Shown piece after piece: positions 1 through 14,694 of a stretch of DNA of 64,000 nt; position 1 is the first letter of the stretch, and the number at the start of each line of letters is the position of its first letter. The stretch lies in the NCBI GenBank assembly GCA_951406725.2, contig OX597832.1, forward strand, positions 55,180,001 through 55,244,000, in the 5' to 3' direction. The notes under the pieces are model-generated. The model saw only the letters and a list, made by a program, of their open reading frames with translations, was not told where the DNA came from and made no database searches. The position numbers were made by a program, and so were the translations under genes. The DNA comes from Octopus vulgaris (taxonomy: Eukaryota).

Positions 1-1513
1 AGCAACACTTTCCGTCTTCGTATGTATTCTTGTTCTGCTTATTTCTTTCATTGAGAAGTTTATTTTTAGCACACTGACCTCAGTACTTTATTTTATTTAT
101 TTATTATTATTATTTTTTTGTAGTCTGTTACTTATTATATCCATTCTCTGTTGCCGAACCGCTAAATTACGAGGATGCAAACATACTAACCATTCATGGT
201 CAAGCCGCGACTGGGGGACAAATGCACACACACACACATACACACACACACACACGTCTGTGCGTGGATTATGTAGCACGAGGACGAAGAATGACAGGCT
301 TTTAATATCAAAACCTGATATCCTTCATCCTCGTGTTATATTATCCTTGTATCAATCTTATATAAAGAGGAATTCCGCCTGTGTATCCAGCCCAGGAATA
401 TATCCCACTGTAGGATATCGTGTGATAGCCAAATAACGACATAAGACCTTTTATACACGCGTTACGAGGTTTTCACCCGAATTATACTATACAAGCATGT
501 GTGTATATCTTTGTGATTGCTTTTCACCTACCGCTTGACAACCGGTGTTAGTTTGTTTACGTCCCTGTAATTTAACGGGACGACAAAAGAAGGGATCGTT
601 ATGATAAGTATCAGATTTTAAAAAAATAATAAGTACTGGATTCGATTTATTTGACTAAAGCCCTTTAAGCGGTGCTCCAGTATGACGGAAACAAATGAAA
701 GATAAACGAGAACAGGTCGTTGATGCTGTTGCTGTTACTGTTCAACCCCAGGCGAGCCCTGATCGAGGAAGCCTATGATAGTCGGCATTCCAGTCATAGC
801 CATCCCTCCTTTTTTTTTTTCTTTTTTACAAACACAGTATCCACATTCAGATAAAGATCTTTATTGATGAATAATATACTTACTCATTGCTGTCACTCTC
901 CTTACAAAACTGTATCAGATTTCTCCCCCTAACCCTTAAACGGCGGGAAAGGGTTGTTATGGATGTTTGTGCTAAACGGGCAAAACACGCAAAGTATTTC
1001 CCAAGAGGAATTTTTATACTTAATTTTCACTTTAAATACGTACAATAATAATAATAATAATAATAATAATAATTGTTAGTCTCTCGCATAATAAAATTTA
1101 CAATCTCATTATCGAAAAGAGACGTAAAAATATTCACTTTCTTTTGATGATGGCACTGTCCATATAAAATGCTTCAAACATCAATTGGCGCTGTCAGCCA
1201 TTTTAAGGGTTAAACTGGGAATTATAGTTACGTGAACGAAATATTAAGTTGTTGAAATTATCTCCCCTTTTATTTTTTTATATTTTTTATCGTTTTGGTT
1301 TGTATGAAATGCTTAACAATCGCTGCAAGGGTTTCTCGATCTAAGAGGAACATTTCGACTCATTAAGGTTTTTTTTCTTTCATTTTTTTTTTTTTAGTAT
1401 TTTTTACGTACATCATTCAGTAGATTTGTAATTTGGTGTGTATGTGTGTGAGTGAGTGTACGTGCACCGCATTAGGGTATGTGTATACATAGATTTTGGC
1501 ATGTATTTGTATA

Positions 1514-1579
<66 letters not shown>

Positions 1580-2189
1580 CGTGCTTGTGTAAGGATTGTT
1601 ATCAATAGTATAACGAAACTAGGGTGGTACAGCTTTAGAATTTAATCAGCATTTTTTAAAAAAGTTTTACTATCTCTTTTTTTTTTATTGTTGCTAACAC
1701 AATGCCGTCACTTCATGTTCATTACGAAACTAGCCACGTACCTAACACCACCACCACAACCATTACAACAACAACAACTACTATTTTTCCTTTTTTTTTC
1801 TTTTGTTTTCTTTTTCTTTCTATTTTTTTCGTTGATGTCGTGTCTGATTGTGCATAAATCGTTTCTGCCGAACATTGGAATGCAAGCCAAGGGCAATGCA
1901 CTCGATGTATGAAAGTAGTTTTTTTCAAACAGCTGCCTCTTGCTGATTGGCCGAAGGACAAGGGGAGTTCAAATTTCCGAATTCCTCTTCTTGTCGTGTA
2001 CCTACCTTGGCCGTCTGCCCTCCAAAGAGAATGCTTTGATTCGATCAGATGTTTATAGTTGCTGAAGACACACGAAAACGTGCTTCTTCAATATCCGTTT
2101 GGCTATCTGTTATTGCTTGACTAAATACATACATACATACATGCATGCATATATACAAATATACTTAGATATACAGATACATAAATACA

Positions 2190-2398
2190 GATATCACGTG
2201 ACCGACCAGGCTATCAGATGTTGTTACACATCGCTGGTCACAATGCGTTCGCATTGTTTTAGCCTTTGAATGACGCCACCCCGCTGGCTAAGTGAGCAGG
2301 CCAACATAAGAATGAGTGAGAGAAAGTTGTGGCGAAAGAGTACAGCAGGGATCACCACTCCCTGCCGGAGCCTCGTGGAGCTTTTTTTAGGTGTTTTA
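2190..2398 (-). mobile_element. SINE family C body with an alternative 3' tail, 5'-truncated
   Basis: Shares gagtacagcagggatcaccac...gcctcgtggagc with family C; the tail differs from the 38178 copy. Confidence 0.8.
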
Positions 2399-3047
2399 TA
2401 TACACACACACACACACATATACATATACATTAACACAAAGAGGAAGGAGGCTGGTTACAAATGAGAATAAATAGGTTTTGTCTTTTTTTTAACTGTTCC
2501 AACGGCCATTCGTGTCAGATGTACTTGGCTGCTGTTACAAGTTGACCATCAATGACATTAATAAAGTTTGCCATCGCCTCGATCGGACAGCCAATGGCCG
2601 GGAGTGATGTGGAAACAAAAGAGAAACATCAGAAACAAGTGTTACACTAGTTTGAATGAGCTGACAATTAAAACAAATTAACACTTTAAAGGGAAGATGG
2701 ATTAATCTTGACTCCCTGATTGAAGAGGCAACAACTTTCCTTCGAATTCAAATTGCCGCTGCACTCCTTCTCTTAAACCGCTAATTCGCTCGAGAAAATA
2801 GTGTTATTGGTCAGCTTGTTTAGCCTTCATTGAACAGGACTACAATCATCAAAGAAGGGTGCTTCAACCGTGACCACTTGGTTTATTTTTGTATCAAACA
2901 CGGTTATCTTAGACTATACTATATACTGGATCTTTTCCTTTCCAAAGCAGTAGCGGAGGTTGATTTGAGGAGGTTTGACTGCTAATTCTAGCTGTCTTGT
3001 GACCGAATAAATTCTCTCTAGGTCAGAGGTTTTCAGCCGTTTTCTTT

Positions 3048-3462
3048 GGATCTTTTCGGTTTGAACGGCAGTTTTTTCTAGCGGTGTCATATGAAATTGT
3101 CACCCATAATTATGACCCCAGTATCGATCTACTGCATTTCAATGTTTTATGGTTAGGGGTGGGGGGAATGGTATCTTTTTTTTTTCTTCACAAATGTAAA
3201 TAAACCCAATCTGTTTCTTAAACGAGGGACATATTCATACGGCACAGAATGTTTTTTTTTACCTCAATAGAATTCATTGATTGGTTAAAATTGCAGAAAT
3301 TGAAAAAAAAAATCAACAAATATCTTACAAACTATAGAATTTTCTCAATAAAGCCAAGAGAAAAAGATGTTTTATAAACAAATTCTACCAGTATACGAAG
3401 TTTAAAATTTTTTAGTTACCTAGAAATTATGTTAAAAACTGCCGTTCAAACCGAAAAGATCC
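3048..3462. mobile_element. MITE with perfect 29-bp TIRs and an 8-bp TSD
   Basis: TIR ggatcttttcggtttgaacggcagttttt (3048-3076) and its reverse complement (3434-3462); TTTTCTTT at 3040-3047 and 3463-3470. Confidence 0.93.
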
Positions 3463-3717
3463 TTTTCTTTTCTCTACGAACCCCTTTGATTACTATTTAT
3501 TCTGGTGGACCCCACCCACCAGACATTCACTGTTTAAAAACTTGTTTTATAGGATATGCCTTTCAAAATTCCTCTTTTGTTTCTCCCGGCGTCACCCGTG
3601 TAGGTTGACAAAAGCATTCTCTCAGAGAACATGTTTCAATGGCTGGAAATATGTTAAACTATGTAAAACATCAGAGAAAGAAACATTGCCGTTTCTGGCA
3701 ATAAATATTTAATTATA

Positions 3718-4085
3718 GGCGTAGGAGTGGCTGTGTGGTAAGAAGCTTGCTTACTAACCACATGGTTCCGGTTTCAGTCCAACTGCGTGGCACCTTGGGC
3801 AAGCGTCTTCTACTACAGCCTCGGGCCGACCAACGCCTTGTGAGGGGATTTAGTAGACGGAGACTGAAAGAAGCCCGTCGTATATATGTGTGTATGTGTC
3901 CCAACCATCGCTTGACAACCGATGATGGTGTGTTTACGTCCCCGTAACTTAGCGGTTCGACAAAAGAGACCGATAGAATAAGTACTTGGCTTGCAAAAGT
4001 ATAAATCCTGGGGTCGATTTGTTCGACTAAAAGGCGTTGCTCCAGCATGGCCGCCGTCAAATGACTGAAACAAATAACAATAAAA
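3718..4085 (+). mobile_element. SINE family A (tRNA head plus CORE-like domain; OR2-like), full length
   Basis: Head ggagtggctgtgtggtaag...ggttccggtttcagtcc; CORE-like accttgggcaag; internal (TA/TG)n; tail ctccagcatggccg...tgactgaaacaa. Confidence 0.9.
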
Positions 4086-4090
4086 GAATA

Positions 4091-4550
4091 CTGTAAATTC
4101 TCGAGTATAGTTCGCCCTTGAGTATAATACCAAGGGAATTTTTAGTGGGGGCTGTACCTCTGAAAAACCTAAACCTTGTGTGTAATACGCACCCCTTCTC
4201 TAACTTGAGTCAAGGAGGTCTATATAACGTCCTTGATTATTATTGTATATATAACACAATGCAAACGTGTAGCTTTTAATCGCATTTTGTTTGTAGAAAA
4301 TAAAGAAATAACAATAATAACGTTTAATAAATGTTGCTTACTGCAAGTTATGGATGATTCTTTTATGACTTCATTGCTTTCAGGCTTAGCTTAAGGTATT
4401 TTCGCACCCGACATCACAAAATGCGTCGGAATGAACATTGCCGGACAGCAAATAGAAACTCGGACATTGCTTAGAAAATAATTTTCATTTTTAACCTTGT
4501 ATATTAAGGATTTTGACCATTAAATTTTTTGGGAAAAAATGCGGATTATT
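4091..4550 (+). mobile_element. Tc1/mariner (Tc2/pogo-like) non-autonomous DNA transposon, right end truncated
   Basis: Left end TA-ctgtaaattctcgagtatag with repeated gagtataa/taatacgcaccc subterminal motifs. The right end stops at atgcggattatt where a SINE begins. Confidence 0.55.
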
Positions 4551-4690
4551 CACCACCACTCCCCGCCAAAGCCTCGTGGAGCTTAGGTGTTTTGGCTCAA
4601 TAAACATTCACAATATCCGGTCTGGGAATCGAAACCGCGTTCTTACGACCGCGAGTCCGCTGCCCTAACCACTGGGCCATTGCGCCTCCA
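4551..4690 (-). mobile_element. SINE family C head
   Basis: Reverse match to the 5' part of the 38178 element. Confidence 0.88.
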
Positions 4691-5882
4691 CTGTTATTGG
4701 TGTTCCTTTTATCGATTGTGCGACTGATCGATAACCACCGTTCGTAACTGGATTTGAACCCGGATCGGCGAAACATATTGTTTTCATTTTAATACTACCT
4801 TTAACCGAGTTGCCTGGGTATGGCAGTCATCCTCTTTTGTTGCAAAAAGAGACCTAAAACTGCTAGAAATAGCAGCTAAATCTCTTTTAGGTTACACCCA
4901 TCTTAGAAGGACATATTGAATACAGTTCCAAATAGCTTTGTCTGGAACCCGTTTGATCATAGCACGATTAGGACTGTCTTGGAACTAAAACTACATCAAC
5001 AGCAATAACAACAACGATAGTCTCTAATGGTGATACATATTGAGATTTTGTAGATGGTAAAAAGAGAAAAAAAAGTGACAAAAACCCTCGTATAGAACTT
5101 GATAATTTCAACCTAACTCGTTCTGAATTTACTGTTCCGAGAGTGAATCCAGCAAGGCTCGGATATCATCTTTCATCTTAATACTTTGCATCGACCCAGT
5201 AATAATCCAAATCGATGAAATCGATCATACTGCTACCCGAAAAAGGAAATCAATATTGACACAGTATTTTTATTCTCTTCTATTTCTGTTTGAAATGATT
5301 TCGTTGTAATCTCTTTGTGAATCAACCGGTAGCTATGGCAAAAAAAAAGAAAGAGAGATTTATATATATATTTATTTATTTATTTATTACATTTAATAGA
5401 TTCACGAGTCATCTTGGTGTAAAAAGTAAATGATTGGTTTTTATTTCAGTGTAGTTTGTGATAAGACACAATGCAATAAGCTGGTTTCTAGACAGGAAAT
5501 GAATAGCGCCTGAATGTCTAAGATGCGTTGTAACTGTTCTAAAGAGCCACAGATTTGTGAGGGAATAGTTCTCGTCTGTCAGCAGTTTCCACAAACTGTT
5601 CGCATGAGAAGAGAAAAACGTGTTCGGAACAAACGAGATCGGTTTCCCATTATATTGTTAAACCTAATGATAATGATTGCGAATGTAAGCGAAGCACAAG
5701 ACCACGAATTTAGACGAAGCGAAGTATAGTGATTCAATAGAACGAAATACTTCACTGGTACAATTTTTCTCGACCATGGAAGGATGAAAGGCAACGTCTA
5801 CGCCGGTTGGATTGACTTTGCAAATGAGATTGGCGTCAATGATATTATTCGCAGTAATAATGATTATCACAGGGTCTGAAAT

Positions 5883-5947
<65 letters not shown>

Positions 5948-5949
5948 GG

Positions 5950-6860
5950 CTATCGATTTAGTCGTCCCCGGTACTTGACTGGTACTTTATTTTATTGACA
6001 CCGGGAGGATGAACTGCAATATCGACCTCGGCGGAATTTGAACTCGGTATGTAACCACAGACGAAATACCTATTTCCTTATTACCCACAAGGGGCTAAAC
6101 ACAGAGAGGACAAACAAGGACAGACAAACGGATTAAGTCGATTACATCGACCTCAGTGCGTAACTGGTACTTATTTAATCGACCCCGAAAGGATAAAAGG
6201 CGAAGTCGACCTCGGCGGAATTTGAACTCAGAACGTAACGGCAGACGAAATACCGCAAAGTATTTCGCCCGGCGTGCTAACGTTTCTGCCACTCGCCACC
6301 TAATAATAATAATGATAATAATAACGATTTCAAATTTTGTCACGAAGGCAGCAACTTTGGGACAGGTAATGAGTCGATTACATCGAACCCGGTGTTCAAC
6401 TGGTACTTATTTTATCGACCCCTAAAGGATGAAAGGTAAAGTCGACCTCAGCGTAATTTGAACTCAGAATGTAACAACAAACGAAATACTGCTAAGCATT
6501 TCGCCTGGCTTGCTAACGATTCTTATTTCTTTATTGCCCACAAGGGGCTAAACATAGAGGGGACAAACAAGGACAGACAAACGGATTAAGTCGATTATAT
6601 CGACCCCAGTGTTCAACTGGTACTTATTTTATCGACCCGTAAAGGATGAAAGGTAAAGTCGACCTCGGTAGAATTTGAACTCGGAGCCTTAAGAGGCAGA
6701 AAAAAATGCCACTAAATATTTTATCCGACGCTTTAACGGGTCTGTCCATCCATCGCCCAAATAATGACACTGGCTTCTAATGTATGCACAAGGACAGCAA
6801 TTTTGAAGGAAGTGGGCCTAGTAGTTACCTCGGCAAGATTTGAACTCGGAATGTAAAAAG
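5950..6860 (-). mobile_element. Cluster of 4-5 full and partial family B SINEs (tRNA-like head plus Meta/MESC-like core)
   Basis: Repeated ggtacttatttaatcgaccccgaaaggatgaaaggcaaagtcgacctcggcggaatttgaactc-type segments. Confidence 0.88.
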
Positions 6861-8188
6861 CCCGAACAATGATATTGCCACGACAGTTCTGTACTATTAC
6901 ATAATAAACTCCGTAATCATTTAATCATAACCGAACGAAAGAATATTATATCGGTCGATGTATGTATCTCGGTATGTATGTATATATATATATATAGAAG
7001 TAGGTAGATAGACAGATAGATAATACAAGTATTTTTAGCCTACGGGTAAGGTGTCAGCAAGTCTTAAAAGAAGAATGCATTGTGTCGAAACATCTTGCGA
7101 GTAAATCATAAAGACCAGAACAAGACTGTACAGTACAAACCAATTAAAAAAGAAAAAAAAAAACCAGACAGCCTCTTCGTCAGCTGTCGACTGGATGTCA
7201 ATACAGTTTTGACTTCTCCCGACAGAACTGCTATCTCAGCAAGGTCATTAACTCCCAGGGAAGATGCTAAATATACAACGCATAGACACAAAAGCTGAAA
7301 TCTATTAGCATAAAATTAGAAAACAAGAAGCTATCTATCGATAGTTAGATAGAAATTTACTCTCTCTCACACACACATACACATACTATAGACTATTCTT
7401 TATTTTGTCAGACAAAAGCACGAAATTTCTAGAACTTACCTTATGTTGAGAATGTAAAGAGTGTTGATTAATATGAAATAAATATTTATCAAACCGATAA
7501 GGGTTTCGTTTCTCATTCACCGTACACATCAGTGGCTTGGAAATGGACGAACGTATATTTCACATAACTTACGTACATACATACACACACATCCGTGCCG
7601 AAATGCTTATCTTTGATCTACACACACACACACACACATCTGCACGAATACTGTATGTAAAAATGAATATGCATGTCATCGTTGTCATTTAGTAAAGACA
7701 AATACTCTAAAATACGTACGTACACGCGCCACTAATAGTTATCTGTAATTACAATACAAACATACATACGTACATACATACACACGCACGCATACACACA
7801 CACACAGGCAGGCCCATATCGCACAACAATGTCAAACCGATTATATTTCTTCGATAAAAAGCATTATCCGGTTTTACTTGAAAGTTATACTGAGTCGTGT
7901 TTATCTTCAGAACAAACGTTTCTACGTTATTACAAGGCTGTTTGTTACTCACTCTGTCTTCTACCATTACGACGATTGGGTCTCTTATGTAAGCACAAAG
8001 TGTAAAGATTTTGAAGGGAAGCAATGGCGGAGGTTAGGCGTGACTGTTCTTCTTTCTAAACGTAAACACACACACACAAAAACACACATACACACAAAAT
8101 TCATGTGCAGTAACTAGAAACACGAACTTTGCAAAGCACATACGATTTATCTACACATTTTATTTATCCAGTGTAGTATACACACACA

Positions 8189-8196
8189 TCTATCTA

Positions 8197-8243
<47 letters not shown>

Positions 8244-8276
8244 GTTTGTCTATCTGTCTGTCTATCTATCTGTTTC

Positions 8277-8307
<31 letters not shown>

Positions 8308-8544
8308 ATCTATCTATCTGTCTGTCTATCTGTCTGTCTCACTATCTCTCTCTCTATCTATATGTCTGTCTATCTATCTGTTTATTTATCTATCTGTCTG
8401 TCTCTCTATCTATCTATATGTCTGTCTGTTTGTCTATCTGTCTGTTTATCTATCAGTTTATCTATCTGTCTGTCTATCTATCTATCTATATGTCTGTCTG
8501 TTTGTCTATCTGTCTGTTTATCTATCAGTTTATCTATCTGTCTG

Positions 8545-8639
<95 letters not shown>

Positions 8640-8655
8640 GTCTGTCTGTCTGTCT
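8189..8655. repeat. (TCTA)n/(TCTG)n compound microsatellite
   Basis: Direct observation. Confidence 0.97.
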
Positions 8656-8752
8656 GGCATTTTGTTTCTCCTAAACATACTCGCTAGGCACAACACAAGT
8701 ACTGAGTTATCATCTGAGTCACCGACTTCCAGTTAAATGCTGCGTATAATCA

Positions 8753-8788
<36 letters not shown>

Positions 8789-9830
8789 TTGTTTATGTCT
8801 TAAGAATTCTAGAGACCTGAAATAATTCGTTTTTAATTATGGATCTCGAAGCAGAGAAATCTATAAATGATAGCATGTAAAATATCGGATTTAAAAATTC
8901 CTTTGTATGAAAAATGTTGAAAACAGCCTTCGATTCTTCCTATCCGAAGGTTTTTTTTAATCCATTTTTTTACATGCTATTATTTATAGCTTTATCTGCT
9001 TCGAGATCCATAATTAAAAACAAATGTGTTTTTGTGAGTGTGATAGTAAATGGAGAAAATATTGGAATTCTTTTTGAAAAGTGACTTGAGATGTAAATGC
9101 GTATTAGGTAAAAAAAAAAAAGAAAAAAAAAAAAGAGAAAAACTGTGGATGCTGGTAAAAATGCTGACCTTCATTGTGTGTTGGTCAACTGGTTTCGACG
9201 ACTTCAGAGTGTCAGATTGGACATGTTGAGGAGCAAATTAATGGCGGGGGCTCAGGTCTCTCATGCAGGTACAATACATCACGACTGGTTTTTTATAAAG
9301 TGTTCTCGTTGATCACAAGTCGTGGGTCAAGCCTAGGCTATAATAAGGTGCCACACGTCAGGAGTCGAAGTGATCGGAGGGCAACGTGAGACCAGATGTT
9401 TTACTGAAAAACACAACGCTCCACCCTGTCAAGGAATTGAAACCGAGTTCGTGAGTACAACACCCTAACCACTAGGCCATACGCCCTCACTCACACATAT
9501 AAATGTGTTATTACGGCCGCCTTCTTTTAGTTTCTGTCTGTCAAATCCACCCACAAGGCTCCGGTCGCCTTGTGACTGTAACATATGATGCTGAAACCGG
9601 AAAACACACGGTTTCTTGTAGCAGGAACGGCTGTTAGCTAATGAATTTGATTATGTAATTCCTGTTCTCTTGTCGTTTAATAACTGTGCTGTTATAGTAG
9701 TGAGATGGTTCTATACTTAGCAAGGGAACGAGATAACGAGAACTGTGGGTCGAGAATCCATTGTAGGCAATCAACATACCAGGCGATCTGGTTTTTGCCC
9801 TTCAAAGAACTTTTCTTTTTTTTTCTTTTT

Positions 9831-10227
9831 ATTTTACTTGTTTCAGTCATTTTGACTGCGGCCATGCTGGAGCACCGCTTTTAATCGAGCAACTCGACCC
9901 GGGACTTATTCTTTGTAAGCCCAGTACTTATTCTATCGATCCCTTTTGTCGAACCGCTAAGTGACGGGGACATAAACACACCAGCATCGGTTGTCAAGCA
10001 ATGCTAGGGGGACAAACACAGACACATAAACATACACGCACATACATATGTATATACATATATACGACGGGCTTCTTTCAGTTTCCGTCTATCAAATCCA
10101 CTCACAAGGCTTTGGTCGGCCCGAGGCTATAGCAGAAGACACTTGCCCAAGGTGCCACGCAGTGGGACTGAACCCGGAACCATGTGGTTGGTAAACAAGC
10201 TACTTACCACACAGCCACTCCTGCGCC
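9831..10227 (-). mobile_element. SINE family A, full length (duplicate ~24510-24906)
   Basis: Reverse-complement match to 3718-4085. Confidence 0.9.
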
Positions 10228-10683
10228 TGTATTTTATTTATTTATGTATTTTTATTTCAAGGCCACGTGGAAAAAGAAAAGGAAAAAAAAAAAAAAAGAG
10301 ATTGTATTGCATGTATGCTTAACTCTTATAAATTGGGGAAAATCTAATACTCGAATCAAACAAGCATTCACGCAAGTTAATTAAATCGCTTTAGTTCTAG
10401 TTCTTTCTACCCAAAAATATTCTTGAGGTTATTGACGAATATAATACTGCATTTCCGTTAGTTTGGAAATGTTAACAACCTCAGCGGAGAACGAATGAGT
10501 TCGTTAAGTGAATTCCGTTATTCTGTTCACGTCTCTCTAAGTTATTTCTGAAAGATATTCTTCTAAACGTTTCCTCTTGTTACCTTTCTTTTCTTAGCAT
10601 TCCGGACATTCCTTTGTCAACTGCAATACGAAATTCGAATCGCTTTTTCTTTTAACTCGCCAAGTATCTCCTTTCTGCAATAG

Positions 10684-10687
<4 letters not shown>

Positions 10688-10751
<64 letters not shown>

Positions 10752-10903
10752 ACATACATACATATATATATACACACACATACATACATATATATATACA
10801 CACACACATACATACATATATATATATACACACACATACATACATATATATATACACACACATACATACATATATATACACACACATACATATATATATA
10901 TAT

Positions 10904-10934
<31 letters not shown>

Positions 10935-11352
10935 CAACATACATACATATATATATATATACAACATACATACATATATATATATATACAACATACATAC
11001 ATATATATATATATACAACATACATACATATATATATATATACAACATACATACATATATATATATACAACATACATACATATATATATATATACAACAT
11101 ACATACATATATATATATATACAACATACATACATATATATATATATACAACATACATACATATATATATACACACACATACATACATATATATACACAC
11201 ACATACATACATATATATATACACACACATACATACATATATATATACACATACATACATACATATATATATACACATACATACATACATATATATATAC
11301 ACACACATACATACATATATATATACACACACATACATACATATATATATAT

Positions 11353-11383
<31 letters not shown>

Positions 11384-11388
11384 CACAC

Positions 11389-11429
<41 letters not shown>

Positions 11430-11588
11430 TATATATATATATATACATATATATACACACACACATACATACATATATATATATATACACATACATACAT
11501 ATATATATACACACACATACATATATATATATACACACATACATATATATATATACACACACATATATATATATATATATATGTATAT
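10688..11588. repeat. Compound TA/CA/TACA microsatellite with ~22-24 bp higher-order units
   Basis: Repeats of caacatacatacatatatatatata; source of the spurious >300-aa ORFs. Confidence 0.97.
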
Positions 11589-11812
11589 AAACTATGTCGG
11601 ATGCCTCCTTCACACATCCTTTTTGCACTTTCCTTTTCCCTAAACGCCATAGCGTTTGTGTAACAAAGGTAATCAGCGAGTTCGAGTTATTTACTTTTAT
11701 CAGGCGCTGTCAAACTCCCAGGCATGCTATCTTCTGACGATCTATATAACAACCGGACGTCGATACTCCTTACAAGTACACTTGAATTAAGCTTTCGATT
11801 TTCCATTCTTCT

Positions 11813-11893
<81 letters not shown>

Positions 11894-11982
11894 TCTTTGG
11901 TATTTTATGGAACTACATGTCGACGGTGCTTAGAAACTGCAATTACCCTGGCTTATCGCAATTCAGATAAATGACATATGTT

Positions 11983-12038
<56 letters not shown>

Positions 12039-12429
12039 GTATGTGTGTGTATGTCTGTGTAAGTATGTGTGTGTGAATATAAATATGTGTGTATATATAA
12101 ATTGTATGTATATGCATGTACATAAATATGTGTATGAATATATATGTATGTGTATGTCTATATATATATATATATATATATATTATGTATATATATATGT
12201 ACGTGTATGTATATATATGTACGTGATTGTATATGTGTATATATATATATGTACGTAATTGTATATATGTATATGTGTGTGTATGTATATATATATATAT
12301 ATGTACGTAATTGTATATATGTATATGTGTGTGTATATATATATGTGTGCGTCTGTGTCTATATGTATATGTATATATGTACGTGTATGTATATACATAC
12401 GTGTATGTATATATGTATTTATATCTGTG

Positions 12430-12464
<35 letters not shown>

Positions 12465-12818
12465 ATATGTGTGTGTAGTTGAAACCTGTTATTTATTTTT
12501 AAGGAATCAAAAAAAAGAAAGAAGCGTAAAATAAATTTTATTTAAAAAAATCGAGTAAGCAAATCTCGCCTGCGGCCTATAAAAATGTCTGACTTGCAGT
12601 AAGATGCATCGAGATCGTGTCAGAGACCAGCAGGTCGTGGACCAGACGTTTCTGACACATTACGCAGCGATTAGAATTTCAGAGTAAACAAATAAGAATG
12701 AATCTCTTGGCTTCTGTGTCTTTGTGTGTTTTTTAACCGACAACCGTGACTCTTTTGCGGTCTGTTTACACTCGCACTGGCTTACCTTAATATTGTTACC
12801 AATGTGTGTGTGTAAGCG

Positions 12819-12855
<37 letters not shown>

Positions 12856-13235
12856 ATGTGCATATATATGTATGTGCGTGTGTGTGTGTATATATATATA
12901 AATATGTATATGTGCATATATATTTATATATGCATATGTATATGTGTATATATATATATATGTGCATATGTATGTATACATATGTTTGTATATATGTATG
13001 TGTATGTATATATGTATATGTATGAATATATATATCTATGTATGTGTATGCATATATATATATACATATACAAATATATCCTTGTATATGTATGTACATA
13101 TATTTGTATAAAAATGTATATATATGTTTGTATATGTGTGTATATATATGTGTATATGCACATACATGTAATATATATGTGTGTGTGTGTATTTGTATAT
13201 ATTTTTGTGTATATATATATATCTATATAAATATG

Positions 13236-13274
<39 letters not shown>

Positions 13275-13380
13275 ATATATATATATGTATATTTCAAACA
13301 AAGACAGGTGCGGGAAGAACAGATAAGGTGTATGAGTTTGACGCTCAAGAAATATTTATGTTTGTGTGGATATATATATA

Positions 13381-13417
<37 letters not shown>

Positions 13418-13756
13418 GATCGTTTTGAGAACTGGATCTTGAAGCACATGAAGCTATAAATAAATCCATTCCACTATAGTCACAAGGCATCTCAGTACTC
13501 AATTGGTACTTCGTGAAGTTATAAATAATCCCACGTAACTATTTGGTTGAAAAACACTTTTGAATAGCAGGGACGTGGGTTCGTATCCCGCGCGCACCTT
13601 TCGAATTTTTTGTTTTATTCCAAGCGGTTTTTCAACCTGTATTTATACGCTGTCATTTGTAGCCGTTTGTGCTTCGAGATGCACTCTTCCATATATAATT
13701 ATTTCACGTTTACTCGTAAGTTTACAAATTCTTTTGAAGTTACATACATACGTACG

Positions 13757-13859
<103 letters not shown>

Positions 13860-13875
13860 ATATATATATTCAGCC

Positions 13876-14365
<490 letters not shown>

Positions 14366-14694
14366 AGACCCAATAGAGTCACGCGTGACTCATGAATGTA
14401 GCACTCAGTGCACTTGGTTGGAGTGCACATTTAATAACAGTTTGATTCAGCTCGGCATTACTTCAAGTTTTATGAGTGTTTAGGACACGTCCACCTCGTC
14501 ATATTATTTGGTTCTTTAGTGTTGATACTTATCGACCCAGCGAGTCAGAGAGAGAGGGAGAGAGACAGTGTGTGTGTGTGTGTGTGTGACTCTTCACTGT
14601 CTTTCAAATTATTAATGATAGCAGCCAAATCTCCGTCAAATCACACACTACTGTCTTAAAAAAAGAAGGCGGCTATATTTGGATAATATATTCA

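Noticed and set aside
7106-7298. Protein-like ORF or exon (SSLGVNDLAEIAVLSGEVKTV...)
   Set aside because: Plausible acceptor but no good donor and no recognisable homology.
10617-11650. ORFs over 300 aa (also 25296-26363 and many shorter YI/VC/HT/ER/SL-rich ORFs)
   Set aside because: Stop-free translations of dinucleotide and tetranucleotide microsatellites in several frames.
1180-12660. Apparent frequency of TGTCA/TGACA (TALE homeodomain) sites in unique DNA
   Set aside because: A 5-mer this common is expected by chance; enrichment cannot be shown without counting against a background.
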